Source of the DNA: Lama glama
Lineage: Eukaryota
Assembly: GCA_028534125.1 (NCBI GenBank)
Contig: CM052817.1
Span: forward strand, 2,916,001 to 2,980,000
Length of the DNA: 64,000 nt
Reading direction: 5' to 3'
The position numbers and the translations under genes are program-made. The notes beneath the pieces are model-generated. The model saw only the letters and a list, made by a program, of their open reading frames with translations. It did not search any database and was not told the DNA's origin. Below, piece after piece: positions 35,431 through 48,300 of the stretch (position 1 is its first letter; each line of letters starts with the position of its first letter).

Positions 35431-37040
35431 GTAACCGCCCAACCCCAGCCGGCCCCGTTTGCTCACGCTGCTGCCGCCCGGGTCATAAAGATAGCCACCA
35501 AGGTTCCCAGGGAGAGCCTCCGGCCGTGGCACCAGGCCACGTTCCTCCACAGCTGGGGGGCCTCTTGGGCGCTGGTTATTTTTATAACCATGTCTCGCCT
35601 GCATGCTTCGCTGGTGCGTCCGCTGGCCCTGCGGTGTGGGCACCTGGTACACAGGTGTCCTGAGGTCTGAGCCATGGCTTCCTTTAGAGAAAAAGTCCAG
35701 GGACTGGCTTAGTCTGGGCCACCTCATGCGCCCCTGAGTGGGACTTACACTGTATCCTTGGGTCATCACAGATAAACATGCTGAAAGCGTTTCTCTATCA
35801 AATAGCATTTATAATTAGCAGCCTGCTTTTTTTCTCCTGTTTCTCAAAATTGATCCATGATATGGATAGCCACCAGTCCGACTCCAGTCTGCATGGGCGT
35901 CAGACCTTGGGTCCAGGAATGAGACAACCAGACCTCGTGTGTGGGCAGCTAGCACCCAGCTTCCACACCCACGTGGGGCTGCGAGCCCCACAGACGAGGC
36001 AAGGAGACGGAACAGCTATAGGATGTCAGCTGGCCAGCGGGCTATGCAGAGGAAGCCCAGGGATGGAGCCTGGACAGCAGGGCTGGAGCCGCCCCAGGGG
36101 AGAGAGTGCCCATCGCCGTGGGTGGGCCAGCCCAGAGGGGCTCAGGGGAAGCCCATGTGGGGCCTGGCAGGTGTGAGGGCTAGCCTGAGCAGAGCGTGGA
36201 GGTGGTTGCACAGGCTAATTTTAGGGACAGTGGCTTAGTGGGTTCGGCTGAAGAGTGAGTCCTGGGAAGTGGAAGGTGAGCGCAGAAAAGCGTGGGAGCC
36301 ATGAGCTCCAGACCCAGACTCTCAACATTGCTTATCCCACACTGGCCTGAAGGGCAAAGCTCCAGCGTCCACCCCATGCAGGGCGCTGGGCCATGTCATG
36401 CCTCAGGCCAATGTGCCAAACTGTGGCAGGCCAGCAGCCTGTCTGCCCCCACGTCATGGTTCCACATCATCTCATGCCACCTGCCACCAGCTCTGACCAC
36501 CCCAAAAAGTCGCTTATCCTGCTTGAATGGAGTCTGCGTTGTCAGTGCTTGTGGGTCTGACTCAACTGGGCCCCTGGGCCTGAGAGGGGCTTCCTCCTAC
36601 CCGCCACACCTGGGGAGAACCTGTCGAGGCTGGGAGAATACAGAATCCCAGTGGTTCTGAAAGTGTGTTCGAAGGAGCCTTGGGTGCTGGGAAGGACTGG
36701 GCAAGAGGGAAACTGAAGGATGTAGGTGGAGCCAGGTGCCTCCACCACCTACCTCTGTGGGAGCCGGAGACAGAAGAAGGGGCTGATGGAGGGGTGGGCG
36801 GTCCCACCCAGCCCCACCCTCCGGTACCTGGCAGGCGCAGGGACTCTGCTCAGCACCAAGGCCAGCTCCCCACCTGGCTCCTCAGATGTGCCCTGGCAGC
36901 TGCAGCGGACTTCGTCTTGGGGCCAAGTTGAGTCAGCCTCTTGGGTCAAGAGAGCAAAAGCCAAGTGGAGGCTGGACGCGCGGGAGAGGGGTGGGCGGTG
37001 TTCTTGGCTCCGGTGTTCACCGGGTTGTCTTCCCCTCCAG

Positions 37041-37161
37041 GGGGACCAGGATGACCGCTCCTACAAGCAGTGCCGGACCTCCAGCCCAAGCTCCACCGGG
37101 TCGGTCAGCCTCGGGCGCTACACCCCGACCTCACGGTCACCCCAGCACTACAGCCGTCCAG
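37041..37161 (+). CDS. ABLIM2: ABLIM2 coding exon (exon 11 equivalent)
   Basis: cccctccag|GGG acceptor, CAG|gtactt donor, 121 nt. Encodes GDQDDRSYKQCRTSSPSSTGSVSLGRYTPTSRSPQHYSRP. Confidence 0.97.
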
Positions 37162-38571
37162 GTACTTGCCCCCAACGCTTCTTTTACCCCGTGTGAAGCT
37201 GTGATCCTTGCTGCTCTTCCTCTTATGCATCTGTCTCTTCCTTTATGCAGCTGGAAATACGATGGACAGGGGGTGGGGACTGCCAGTGGGTGATGGAGAG
37301 CCCGTCCTTTTAGTCACATAAAGAAAAGGCCCTCTCATGTCCGGGTGGGGAGGCTGGCTGCAGAGGCAGCTGGTTACCCTGTTGGTTGGGGGAGCCATCC
37401 TGTGAAACATGCAGACGGCACTGAGCACGCAGAATCCAGCTGATGTGCAGTAGCGGGCGTCAGGAAGATAGAGCAGCACAAAGGTGGGAGACCAGAAGTC
37501 ACTTAGTTCCGAGCCTGTGTGATTTGGGGAAGGTTTGTGCTGTGAAGGCCAAATCAATGGACAAAAGCTAGCGTCAGCGTGTGCATTGACACTTCAACTG
37601 GCCCCAGAGACAACTGTCCCATGGGAACATGTGTAAGAGGCCACTGTCAGGCCCCTCCCAGCGGGGAGAAGCCCAAGGAGGGTCCTCTCTGCCCCGTCCC
37701 ACCTCACTCCCTGCTTGGCGTCCAGCTCTATTGCTCTCCTTGCCTTTAAACGCTGCGTTGCCCTCAGTGTGTCGGGGCCACAGGGTCTCCATGCAGGTGC
37801 TGTGTTTTGAGGGATTTTTCCTAGGGGCTTCCTCCTTGGCCAGCTGATGCATGGTTCCATCCTCACCTCCATGGACTCAGCTCTGATTTTTGCAGCCTTT
37901 GTGGAAAAATCAAAACTCATTCATTTGCAAAGTTACTTTCATTGATATTGTGCAGTGTGCCTGGTACATCCTGCTCTGTAGATGTTTGCAAAGTGGGTGA
38001 GTGAGTGAAGGAGTGAACCAGTGAGTGAGGGAGTGAATGAGTGAGGGAGGGAGGGAGTGACTAGGAGAGCTGGCGAGTCAGGGGGAAGGGCTGCCGGCCT
38101 CCCTGGGGGCCCTTCTGCGGACCCCTGACCGCCATGTGCTCACCTGGGCTTGTCGGCTGTGCCTGTCCAGGTGGTCGCCCCAGAGCCAAGACCTGAATCT
38201 CTGCTGGGCGAGGCCGGGATGACTTCTGGGTGACAGATCACCCCTGGTCTTGCCAGCTGCCCTCCGCCTGGGTTCTGGCTCCCAAGGAGGTCCCAGGTGG
38301 GGCAATGGGCAGGGCTCAGGGGCCAGCAGCTCCCACCCAGCGGGCCTGGGGGCAGCCACCCTGACCACAGAGGGTAGGACTTCCTCCCTCCAAACCTGGA
38401 GCACACTGGCCCAGAGGACCCTTGGTGACCCCTTCAGGTGCCTCAGAATGGTGTGTGTTCTTCGAGAGAGGAAGCAAAAATGTTCCTGGAGGAGCCGGGC
38501 CTGGGAATGTTTTGTGGCTTTGTGGCCGGTGAGCGTGCGGCCGACTCTGACTTGCTCTCTGTTGCCCGCAG

Positions 38572-38670
38572 CTGGTACTGTGAGTGTTGGTACCAGTAGC
38601 TGCCTGTCCCTGTCCCAACACCCAAGCCCTACATCCGTGTTCAGACATCATTACATCCCCTACTTCCGAG
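38572..38670 (+). CDS. ABLIM2: ABLIM2 99-nt alternative exon (exon 12 equivalent)
   Basis: gcccgcag|CT acceptor, GAG|gtaagg donor, phase 1-1. Encodes (A)GTVSVGTSSCLSLSQHPSPTSVFRHHYIPYFR. Confidence 0.93.
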
Positions 38671-39195
38671 GTAAGGCGCGCGGGCTGCGGGCTGCGGGCT
38701 GCGGTGCTGGCAGGGCCGCCGCGTCTGTGTCTCGCTGTCCTGTGTCCGCCGCATGGCTTCCCCGCGTCCCGTGTTTCACGCCCGTGCTCCTCGCTCTGTG
38801 TCTTGTGCGTCCGGATCTGTTTCTGTCAGTGTGTAAATGTTCCTTCGAGATAACACGTCACGTCAGGGAGCCAGCGGCAAGGTGGGGAGGAGAGACTAGG
38901 AATCACCCAGCGCCCACCCCCGGACTTGTTTGAAGAGCCTTCCTCTGAGTCGTGTCATTTTATTTCCCACGTCGGCTCGCCAGATACAGGGACTGCTCGC
39001 CCGGGGGATCGGGAGCAGAAGCTGAGGCAGAGAGGTGGAGACGTCCCCAGCCTCAGCCCATGGTGTCTGGGCAGGGGGTGCGCCCTGCATGGCTGCAGCT
39101 CCTCCCAGGGCGCAGACATGCTGCCTTCCGCACCCCTGCCTGGACACGTGTACATGACTCACACCAGGAAAAGGGCCAAGTCTTGTTTTCCTGAA

Positions 39196-39561
39196 TGTTA
39201 CAGACTGGATTGTGTCCCCCTGGATTCAGGTGTTGAAGTCCTAGCCCACAATGTGACTGCATTTGGAGAAAGGAGGCTTAGGAGGTTATTAGGGTTCCAT
39301 GAAGCCATAAAGGGGGGCCCCAATCTGATAGGGTGGGCAAGCGGCCTTTTAGGAAGAGGAAAAGACTCTACTGGCGCTCAGAGGAAAGGCCACATGGGGC
39401 AGAGCAGCTGTCTACAGCCAAGAAGAGAGGCTGCACCAGAAACTGAGCCCTGCCGGACCTTGATCTGAGACTACAGCCTCCAGAACTGTGAGAAATAAAT
39501 GTCTGCTGTGTAAGCCACCCAGCTGTGGTACTTTGTTACCCAGCCCTCGCTGACTGATACA
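39196..39561 (+). mobile_element. MLT1A-like (MaLR) solo LTR
   Basis: Starts TGTTACAGACTGGATTGTGTCCCC, contains CAGCCTCCAGAACTGTGAGAAATAAATGTCTGCTG..TAAGCCACCCAG, ends GACTGATACA (TG...CA termini). Confidence 0.85.
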
Positions 39562-41829
39562 CCATGGAAAGGCTCTCAGGGCAAGAAAGGAAGCAACGAT
39601 GATCTCTTGCTGATTCCCTGAGAGGCGTGTTAAGGTTCCAGTTCCCAGAACCTTTTGTCCCAAAGGGACCGAGATTACGGGACAAGGAAGCCAGCTCAGC
39701 TGGGTTATTCCATCACTGGACGGTCACCCAGCGGGGTCCTTGGACCTTGGATGGTTCTCACGTGTGTCATCATTGCTTGTTTTCACGACCCCCATCTGTC
39801 TGCTGAGAAGAATCCCCGATCAATGGGACGTGGGCCATCCCCACAGCTCATGGCCTCTTCTGGACGTACTGACTCTTTGGAGCGGCAGCAAAGCCCAAAA
39901 TGGCGCATCCGTGAGGGGAGAACAGCCGGCAGGGCCCGGCGCACAGCCACGTGACCCAGGGGTGTCGTGTGGCCGGGCCGGGTGCTCACTCAAGAGGCAG
40001 ACAGAAGACGCCACAAACCTGAGTGAATCAGACTTTTAAACGAGTCACGGCAGGCCTCCCAGGGAGGTGCCTCTTCTCCCTTTGCTCTGAGGTCAGAAGG
40101 CTGACCGCTTCCCCCCGCCTGCCGTGCCCAGCTCTGTGTGGCGCCATTCTCACTGGGGCCCCTGGCAGAGGTGAGGCCCCGAGACGAGGCCAGACGGTGG
40201 GACAGTGGCCGTCTCGGCTGCTCTGGCCTCGTTCCCTGGGCAGTGCCCTGCGAGCTGGGCTGACTGCCCAGGGAGGCACTGTGCCTCAATCAATCCAGGC
40301 GGGGGCGGGAGCTGGAGCAACCCCGTGACCACCCCTCCCCCCCCTTTCTGAGCCCCCACCTCGAGTTCTTACCGCGCCAGGGTGAGGAAAGGCCGGGGTG
40401 GCCTCACCAAGGACAGGCCCCTGGGCAGCAGCTCCAGGCCTGCAGCACCCCATTTGTGCCCCAGGAGAGGGCCAGGGAGCAGGGCAGAGGGAAGGGCAGC
40501 CCTCTCCCCTCGGCAGGAGCAGAGCGGCCCCTCCTCCCATTCTGTGGGGGAGGAGGGCAGGCAGTGCAGACAGGCCCCCCGCCACTGCCCACCGCGACGT
40601 GGTTCAGAAACTGTCCTTGTCATAGCCCGTCCAAGGGCGTCCCAAGGTCAGGAGGCACGGTGCTGCGGTCTGCTCTGGGTGGGCACAGGCCCCGCGGCGG
40701 GTCCTGGTTCCCTCCTGGCCACTTTGGCCCCCAGTTCTCTTTGTTCAGAAATCAGACAAGGCCCCCCTCCCCTCTGGTGCAGGATGCAGGGGAGCCCAAC
40801 ACCCACGGTTCTGCCCCCACCAATTTCCAGGGCTATCCGTGACCTTGGGAGCCCCCAGCCTCTCCCCAGGACTCTCCCCAGGGAAGCCTGGGGCTCAGGG
40901 GGACGTCTCTGGGCGGCAGGGGTCACAGCTCTTGGGCAGAGCCCAGGGGCAGGCCCTCACTCACCAGGTGTGTCCATCCATGGGCTATGGGGCCACCCCA
41001 AGGGGGCCCATCCCCTTCTCCCTGGCGCCTCTCATCCAGACCCCCAGGTTCTGTGCATCCCAGCCTGTGGGCAGTCTGTGGCCAGCTGTACCGAGGGCCA
41101 CTTGCCTTCCTCTTAGCCTGTCACAGAGCCTGGCGTCTGGCCCCACTCTCCAAGAAAACCTTCCCTGGTATCTCCTCGCAGCGTCTTCGGCTTCTTTGGC
41201 TCCTCAGGTGGAGATTTTCCTCTGAACCACACTGGGGTTGGAGGGCTCGCCAAGAAGAGGCAGGCGCTCACCTGCCAGTGCTTGCTCTGACCTGGCCAGG
41301 TGCCCCTTCCTCCCCGCCCAACCCCCATCCCAGACACACCTTCCCACCATGTCCCGGTGCCTGGGACCTCCCTCCTGCCAAGACCTGTGTGCCGCGTAGG
41401 TGCCAGTGGCAGCCATTTGCACTTCAGTATGAATTTCAGTCCCCGACATGTCTCCTGGGACAGCATAAGGTTTAAGCCTAACCTCTCACCTGTTACAGAG
41501 CAGGCAGCAGGGTCACCCAGGTGGGTGCCAAGGGGAGGCGATGCTACCAAAACCATTTTGCTAAGCATCCGTGAGGAGAGACCACCGAGCCTCCTCCTCC
41601 TTCCAGGGCGTGAGAGGGAGGGCGGGCTTCACATGCGGAGCCTCAGTGCCGCTCCGCCCACTTGCTGCTCCTAAAGACACCCCTGGCCCTCGCTCCTGGG
41701 CCGTCAGCCTGGCAGCCGTGGTCATCGGCTGAACCGGCACATGGCAGGGAGCTGCACACGTGCAAACCCACTCACGTCTTGGTGGTGTCCCGTGAGGCCC
41801 CTGCACGTGGCTGGGGGTCGGCTTGGCCT

Positions 41830-42060
41830 CTGGGCACCTGGAGAAGGTGCAGCAGGAGCCAACAGAGGGGGCTTCCGAGGGCAAAGCTGAACCAACTGAG
41901 CCGCACAATGAACGACGTGCTGTTGGATCAGACACCACAGTGTAAGTGTCCACGAGTCCACACTGATATAGAGAAACAATTGAATAAAGAAATAAATAGG
42001 GGAGAAGAGACAAACCTCCGGGGGAAGAATTCGCGATAATTTACTGTGACTCCGCCCTCC
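41830..42060 (+). mobile_element. L1MC/MD-like 3' UTR fragment
   Basis: GTAAGTGTCCACGAGTCCACACTGATATAGAGAAACAATTGAATAAAGAAATAAATAGGGGAGAAGAGACAAA. Confidence 0.6.
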
Positions 42061-42095
42061 AGGAGGGGCACCTGCCTCCCCAGCCATCAGGGGTG

Positions 42096-42195
42096 NNNNN
42101 NNNNNNNNNNNNNNNNNNNNNNNNNNNNNNNNNNNNNNNNNNNNNNNNNNNNNNNNNNNNNNNNNNNNNNNNNNNNNNNNNNNNNNNNNNNNNNN
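42096..42195. other. Assembly gap (100 N)
   Basis: Run of N. Confidence 1.
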
Positions 42196-44722
42196 GTGGA
42201 ATACAAATAAAGTAAAGCGTGTGGACAACACCAGCGTGGTGATGCGCCATCCACACATAAGGCAGTAACTGCAGGAACGGCGTGGGGTTCGCAGGGGCCC
42301 CCGTGCAGCCCCGAACTGCTCTACAGCAACGTGTGGACTCAGACTAACAGAGTAGGTGGCGCTCACCAGCCAGGGCTTCCCGTGCTCTGACAGGCACCTC
42401 CCTAGGGGGGATAGAGACCCCTCCCCACCGGAGGTCAGAGCAGCCTCGGTCCTGAACCACCTCCAGGACGAGCCTCAGCAGAAGGGCAAAGGGCCCTCCA
42501 AGCCTTTCCAAAGTGGCTGCCCCGCCGGCCTTGCCTCTGGCTCCCCCATATGCGTGGTGACATCAGGGGCCCACGGAGGAAGCTGGCCCCAGAGCAGCGC
42601 CGGAGTCGGGCCTCCCCAGGACGCCGGCCCCCAGCGCTCCGGCCAGTCCTTCCTGCAGGAGGCAGCAGTGGTGGCCTGTCCGCAGGGCTGTCGTGAGCAA
42701 AGTACTCTGAGTGGCCCCACGTCGGGTCGATGTTAGGGTGCATTTTGTGATGATTTAGTGACCCAGTGAGTGGGCAGGCGGGGCGTGTATCCAGAGAAGG
42801 GAATGGTCAGTGGTGGACTGTGTCCTCTGGGAAGGCTTTGCACCTGAGCCTTGACCCAGGAAGGAACAGTTGGAAAGGGGGTTCCAGGAGGGGAAGAGGG
42901 GAGGAGGGGAGGCAAACAGAGGCATCCTGGGCCAGGTCCAAAGTCCCAGATTTGGGTGACTGGTGTAGAAGCCCCTGGATGGCCGGGATGAGGTGGGTGT
43001 GACAGGCCATTCGGGCCACCATTCTGTGCCCCTGGGTGTCAGGCCCCCTGAGCACCTGATGGAAGCTGTGGTCCCCTCAAGATACCCACACGCACACACA
43101 CAGACTCCTGCGTGTGATGTGGGACAGGCCACTGTGGGCAGGGCTGGGGGCCAGGAGTCCCGTGATGAGGTGGAGTCTGCAGGCGCCTGTGGAGAGACAC
43201 GAGCTGTTTGAGGCTGTGCCGGGAGCTTGCCCGGCATGGTGATGGGTGTGTGGTCCTCAGCCACTCCAGAGTCCAGGCACATGGCTTGTTTAAGGCCCCT
43301 GCTTCCACCACGTCCTGCCACCCTTGGGGGTGGATGAGTCAGCCACTGTCGGCAGAATGGATCTGGGGTTCCTTTACGTGCACGTGGGGGTGGGTGAGTG
43401 TGCACTCCCCGGGGTCTAGGACTTTGAACTGGCCTGCGGATTCAGAAGGTTCTGTGCGGCGCTAGGGAAAAGAGGGTTCACGCCACGAGGGAGGACAGCC
43501 ACCTACCCGAGGTTCCATCCTCATGGGCAGGTGAATTTGGTGCCATGCCCAGGAAGACACTCGAAGCTGTAGTCAGTGTCCGCTTTGTGGCCTCAGCACT
43601 GTTGGGGCCACTGGTTGTGGTCGGTTCGAGCTGAGCCTCCGCCACCCTGCATGCCCTGCTGGGCCCCAGCGCACCCCACCAGGACGAGGGCACTCCCCCC
43701 ACCCACCTACCACCCCTTCCTCGTCAGCCCGCCTCCACGTTGGACCCGGCACTCTCCTGCTGTGGAAGGCTGTTGCATCACCATGTCACCTCAGGGTCCT
43801 GTGACTTTGAACAAGGGATATTTTCAAGTCAAGAGTGTCTCTTTCCCTTTGCCAAGCTGCCACGTGCTGCGGCGAGGGTTTCCTGGGGCGAAAGGGGAGG
43901 AAATGTGTGGTGCCTTATGAGTGTCTTGCTACAGCGAGCCGTGTGCCTCATCACGCCGTGCTCAGTGCCCATTGCATCCTGTGTCTCATTTCATTCCTTA
44001 AACAGGTGTGTGCAAGGCGGGGAGGGTCACCGGGTGACCACGATGTCCAAATTTGTGACTTGATAATCCAACCTTGTTCGCAAAACAGAAATCACAAACC
44101 CAGATGGGATTAAAAAGATCAGAGCCAGAATCAGACGACTCTTTCTGTTTAATTTGGCAAAAAAAAAAATAGCTTAATTTGGAAACATGCTGGCTGATTA
44201 ATAGCAACCATCCCTTATTCCCCTGGCTGATAAAATTTACTCAGTGGCTTTTAAGGACAGACTTTGATGAATTCTAGCACTTAAACCCTATTGTGAATGG
44301 CTCATGTGGATTCTCTGGGAAAGCGGCATTATTTTATACAAGGATATTTAGGAAGGGGGGGGTGCGGAGTTTGAGTGAACTTGGGATTTTCTGGATTCAC
44401 ATGTCAGCAGCCAGGCTGTGCGCCCCGAGGAGGGGCTCTGCCACGGCCAGGCCAGCCTTCCCACGAGGCGGGGCCCAGCTGGGGCCCTGCCGGGACGCTC
44501 CTGCTGCTGCACCTGGGCCACTGCCGGGGGTCCCTCAAGGTTGGATTAACAAGTCTGGGGCCCCACCTGGAAGTGGGTGGGAGCCACACTCTGTCCCCTG
44601 GGCAGAGGGTTCGGTGGCCCTACCGGCAGGGGAGAGGGACTCACTAGCTTTCATGCTTGAAATGCTTTCCTCTGCTTCCCCTCGCCGCCTTCTGTCCGCT
44701 GTCCTTGCTCTTCCGTCTGGAG

Positions 44723-44824
44723 GCAGTGAAAGTGGCCGGAGCACCCCCAGCCTCTCCGCGCTCTCAGACAGCAGGCCTCCCCCCTCCACCTACCAGCAGG
44801 CTCCTCGCCACTTCCACATCCCAG
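44723..44824 (+). CDS. ABLIM2: ABLIM2 coding exon (exon 13 equivalent)
   Basis: Long pyrimidine tract then ggag|GC acceptor, CAG|gtaggc donor, 102 nt, phase 1-1. Encodes (G)SESGRSTPSLSALSDSRPPPSTYQQAPRHFHIP. Confidence 0.94.
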
Positions 44825-45340
44825 GTAGGCGCCCGGGGCGCACGGCCGCTCCCCGGGCAGACCGTCTGTCCGCACCTGAGTTGTGGGGGGCGGGGGGAGG
44901 ACCTGCCCGGCCTCAGCGGGAGTTGCATGATCCCCAAGCCTTTCCATCTCCCCCACCCCCAAATTCTGAGATTCTTTAAAGATCTGCAGATGGGTTGCAC
45001 ATCCCCACTTGGCACGTGCGTGTTTTTCTCCCAAAGCCCTGCAAACACCGGGAGACTTTGCTGCCCTCCTGGGGACGGGCTAGAGAGGGGCCGACAGGAC
45101 CCCAGATGTCCCTGGCCGCCCCCTCCAGCTGCCTCTTTCCCTCTGCCCGCTTCAGACGGCAGGTGGCATCTGGGCTGCGAGGCTGATCCGCGGTGTGGGG
45201 CCGGGGCGCCAGCGGGGTGCCAGGTTCTTCCTGGTGATTCCAAATCTGGGTGACAGATCGCTGCTGACAAACAGCGGTAGAATGGAAACCATCACGATGT
45301 GCTTGCTCTCCTTATCTTCTTTTTCTTTCTTCTTTCCCAG

Positions 45341-45394
45341 ACACTGGCGTCAAAGATAACATTTATAGGAAGCCCCCCATCTACAGGCAGCACG
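45341..45394 (+). CDS. ABLIM2: ABLIM2 coding exon (exon 14 equivalent)
   Basis: tctttcccag|AC acceptor, ACG|gtacag donor, 54 nt. Encodes (D)TGVKDNIYRKPPIYRQH, the conserved abLIM/dematin NIYRKPPIY motif. Confidence 0.96.
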
Positions 45395-48300
45395 GTACAG
45401 CCGGACCTCCTCTGCTGCTGCGTTTGCCCCGCATGCGTGTTGACACCATTGCTTTTGCGTGCTCCCCTTTGTTGTGCTCTGATACGCGGTGGGGAGGGCA
45501 CCCCAGAGGCCCCACAGTCTGAGTATTAGGTGCAGATTCCCGAGAGCCCCCTTCAGAAATGACAATGAAACGTCTGTCGAGTAAGGACACCCCTGTGTGT
45601 ATAAACCCAGGGCTGACTCACAGGGGCCAGGCTGGGGATGGGACTTTGTGGCCGAGAGCTGGTCTTGGTGGCTTCAGTGGTGCTACTCTGAGGGAAGCAG
45701 CCAGGCAAACTTGGGCCAAGATGGTGAGGGATGGAGGTGCTTGGACCACAACCTGACCCAGCCCGGTCTTTGGAGAACAGAACACGCCAGCACCAGGCAT
45801 TGATTGGAGAGCTTAAGCCCTGTGTTGTGGGCATGGCTGACGGTAGAATGAAGGACCTGGCCTTCAGTCGAAGGGAGTTCTTGCATCAGCCAACCAGGGC
45901 TGGAGATGTTTGGTGGTGTGGGTGTCTTTCAGTCCTCCGGTTTCCCCCGAGGGGTGACCGTCCACCTCCGCTCCGCCTGAGCCTGCCGGGCACAGGTGCG
46001 CAGGGAGCGGAAGGGTCAAGGTCTCCCCTCTGTTTCCTCATGGACTTTCTGGTGATTTCACCATCCTGAGCCTCTGTCCCCTTGTCTGCAAAACAGGACC
46101 AGTTCCTCCACCCTGCCCTTTTCACAGGCTGGTTGCGAGGACTGAATGGGATAATGTACCTGGAAACATGTTCTAAACTGTGAAGTGCTGTACACATGAT
46201 GGGGATTGTTATTGTTATTACGTGTCTAGAGAGTTGGGAAGGGGAATTCACATACTTAAATTCTTGTCCAGATGCAGCCAAAAAACAGCCACGCCCCCTG
46301 TTGCTGACCGGGTGGACGCTGTTGGGCGGAATCGTATAAAAGTATGTTTTCGGTGGGTTACTGACAAATCCGTGGTCCAGTTGTGCAAACAACAAGGTTT
46401 GTTTTTTGGTTTTTAAATTTCCTCTTTGACTGCAGTCAGCCCTGTGCTTTGTGTATTTCTTCCTCTTCCCGAGAAAGAAAACAGTCAATGAAAAGTCCTG
46501 GGTCTCCGGAAGGCGATGCCTTTTAGCACGGCTTCTCAGCCAGAGAAGCCGAGAGCACAGATCTTCCCGAGGGCTCAGAGACGGAGGGGCTCGTAGGGTC
46601 CAGGGCCCTCAGAGGTGGTCCAGACCGGCCCCTTGTGTCCCAGGTGGGGAAGCTGAGTCCCGGGGAAGGCAGGAGCAAGCACACAGTGGTGCCTTTGGGC
46701 CGTGGCGCCCACACGCAGGCCGGTTCTGTCCTCGCCTGCAGGAGGGACTGCTGACTTGGCTCTCGTTAGCCTCTGGCACGTCATGTCCCACACAGAGTAG
46801 GAGGGGCGGCCCCCAGGAGGGGGACAGGCAGGAAATCGGAGTGTGAAATTGCCCAGTGGCATCTGATGGAGCCAGATCGGAGACCAAGAGCTTCCGAGAC
46901 TGCGTCCTTTAACGAGATCGCGCAGTGGAGATTCAGTTTACTCTTACCAGTGGTTTTCTTTATTACTTTTTCATAATCAGCATATAAACACCTCTGCTTT
47001 CCAAAGTCAGGTAGTTTCCTGTATGACTGGACGCTAAGCAATACCAAAGCCATTTGAACGTTGTAGAATTTGGGCTTATTGGTTATTTTCCAAAATAAAC
47101 CCTCTAGAGTGCCTTTCCTCTGCCAGGAGCTCAGCCACATTGTGAGGGTGAAGCCGAGGACCACCTGTCCCCACTCGCATGGACATGGCCGCGAACGGGG
47201 TGGGCGTGCACGCCTGGCAGGCCGTCCCCTCAGCCAGCTCTCCTGACACCCTCAGGACGTGACGGATGTGTTGGGATGCATCTGATTTCCAGAGCATCTG
47301 AGATGTTTTGAGTGTGTAAGATTTGCCCCCTTCAGCCGGCACACACCTGTTGGAAGTGTGTGGGGCAGGGCGGGGCATGCACGTGTGCGAGCACGTGTGT
47401 GAACGTGCACGTGTGTGTTTACAGCCCCTGGCAGCCCGCATCCCCCAATCCCAGCAAACTGCCCATCCAGTCATCCCTCAGTGGGCCATCTGGTTGGTGG
47501 CCCACCAGAAGCCACCATTTTCATCTCCAGACTCTGGGTGATAATGTTGCGTTCCTGGGCCGTTTAATTAATTTAAGAGACTATGTTCAGTGAGTTTCAA
47601 AAATTACACTTTTTAATTAATGTATTTACTTTTCAATGTTTCATTTCCAACTCATCAAAAGCTTTTGTTTCTTTAAAAAGACTAGCAACGCTCTTTTCAG
47701 TGCTGTCGCCCCATTCCTGTTTTGGGGAAGCGAGCATCTAGTGTGAGGATGGCCAGGCAGGGGGAGGCCAGGTGGGGACACCAGGTGGAGGACGAGGGTG
47801 ACTAGCAGCCACGTAGCTGCATTGTGCGTGCGGTGTTTCATCTCTGCACAGCCCTGCGACTGGCGTTATCACAGACCAGGAAGCTAAGGCCAGGGCTACG
47901 AAGTGACCTGTCGGTGGCCACGTCCCACCCAGGTCTGCCTGCACCCTGCACCCACCGCTCTCATTTTACTGCATTTAAGGGACCAACAGTATTTTCTTGA
48001 ACTACCTTAGTTCTAACCCTACTTGGTTACAATTTAATGGCTTAAAAAAAGAGAATAAGATAGAGAAGAGAGGAAGCAAAAGGAATTGAGTGGGAAATTA
48101 GGAGGAGGGGGCGAGGAAGGGGAGGAAGGATCACATCCCGCCGGGAAGAGACGCGGCAGAACAGCAGAAGGCGGGCGCGGGTGCCTCCCACCACCTGCTG
48201 GACGTCCAGCCATGACTGGGGTGCTTTTGGTCTCTTTTGAACGGTCCTGAGTGGCTCGCGGTGTTGAACCCAGGACCCTTTGAGGCAGACAGGACTCCAG

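Noticed and set aside
43981..44040. Strong acceptor-like site (ttccttaaacag|GT) and GGTCA-n5-TGACC palindrome
   Set aside because: In the required phase the frame stops after ~10 codons, no frame-preserving donor was found, and the palindrome spacer (5) does not fit an estrogen response element.
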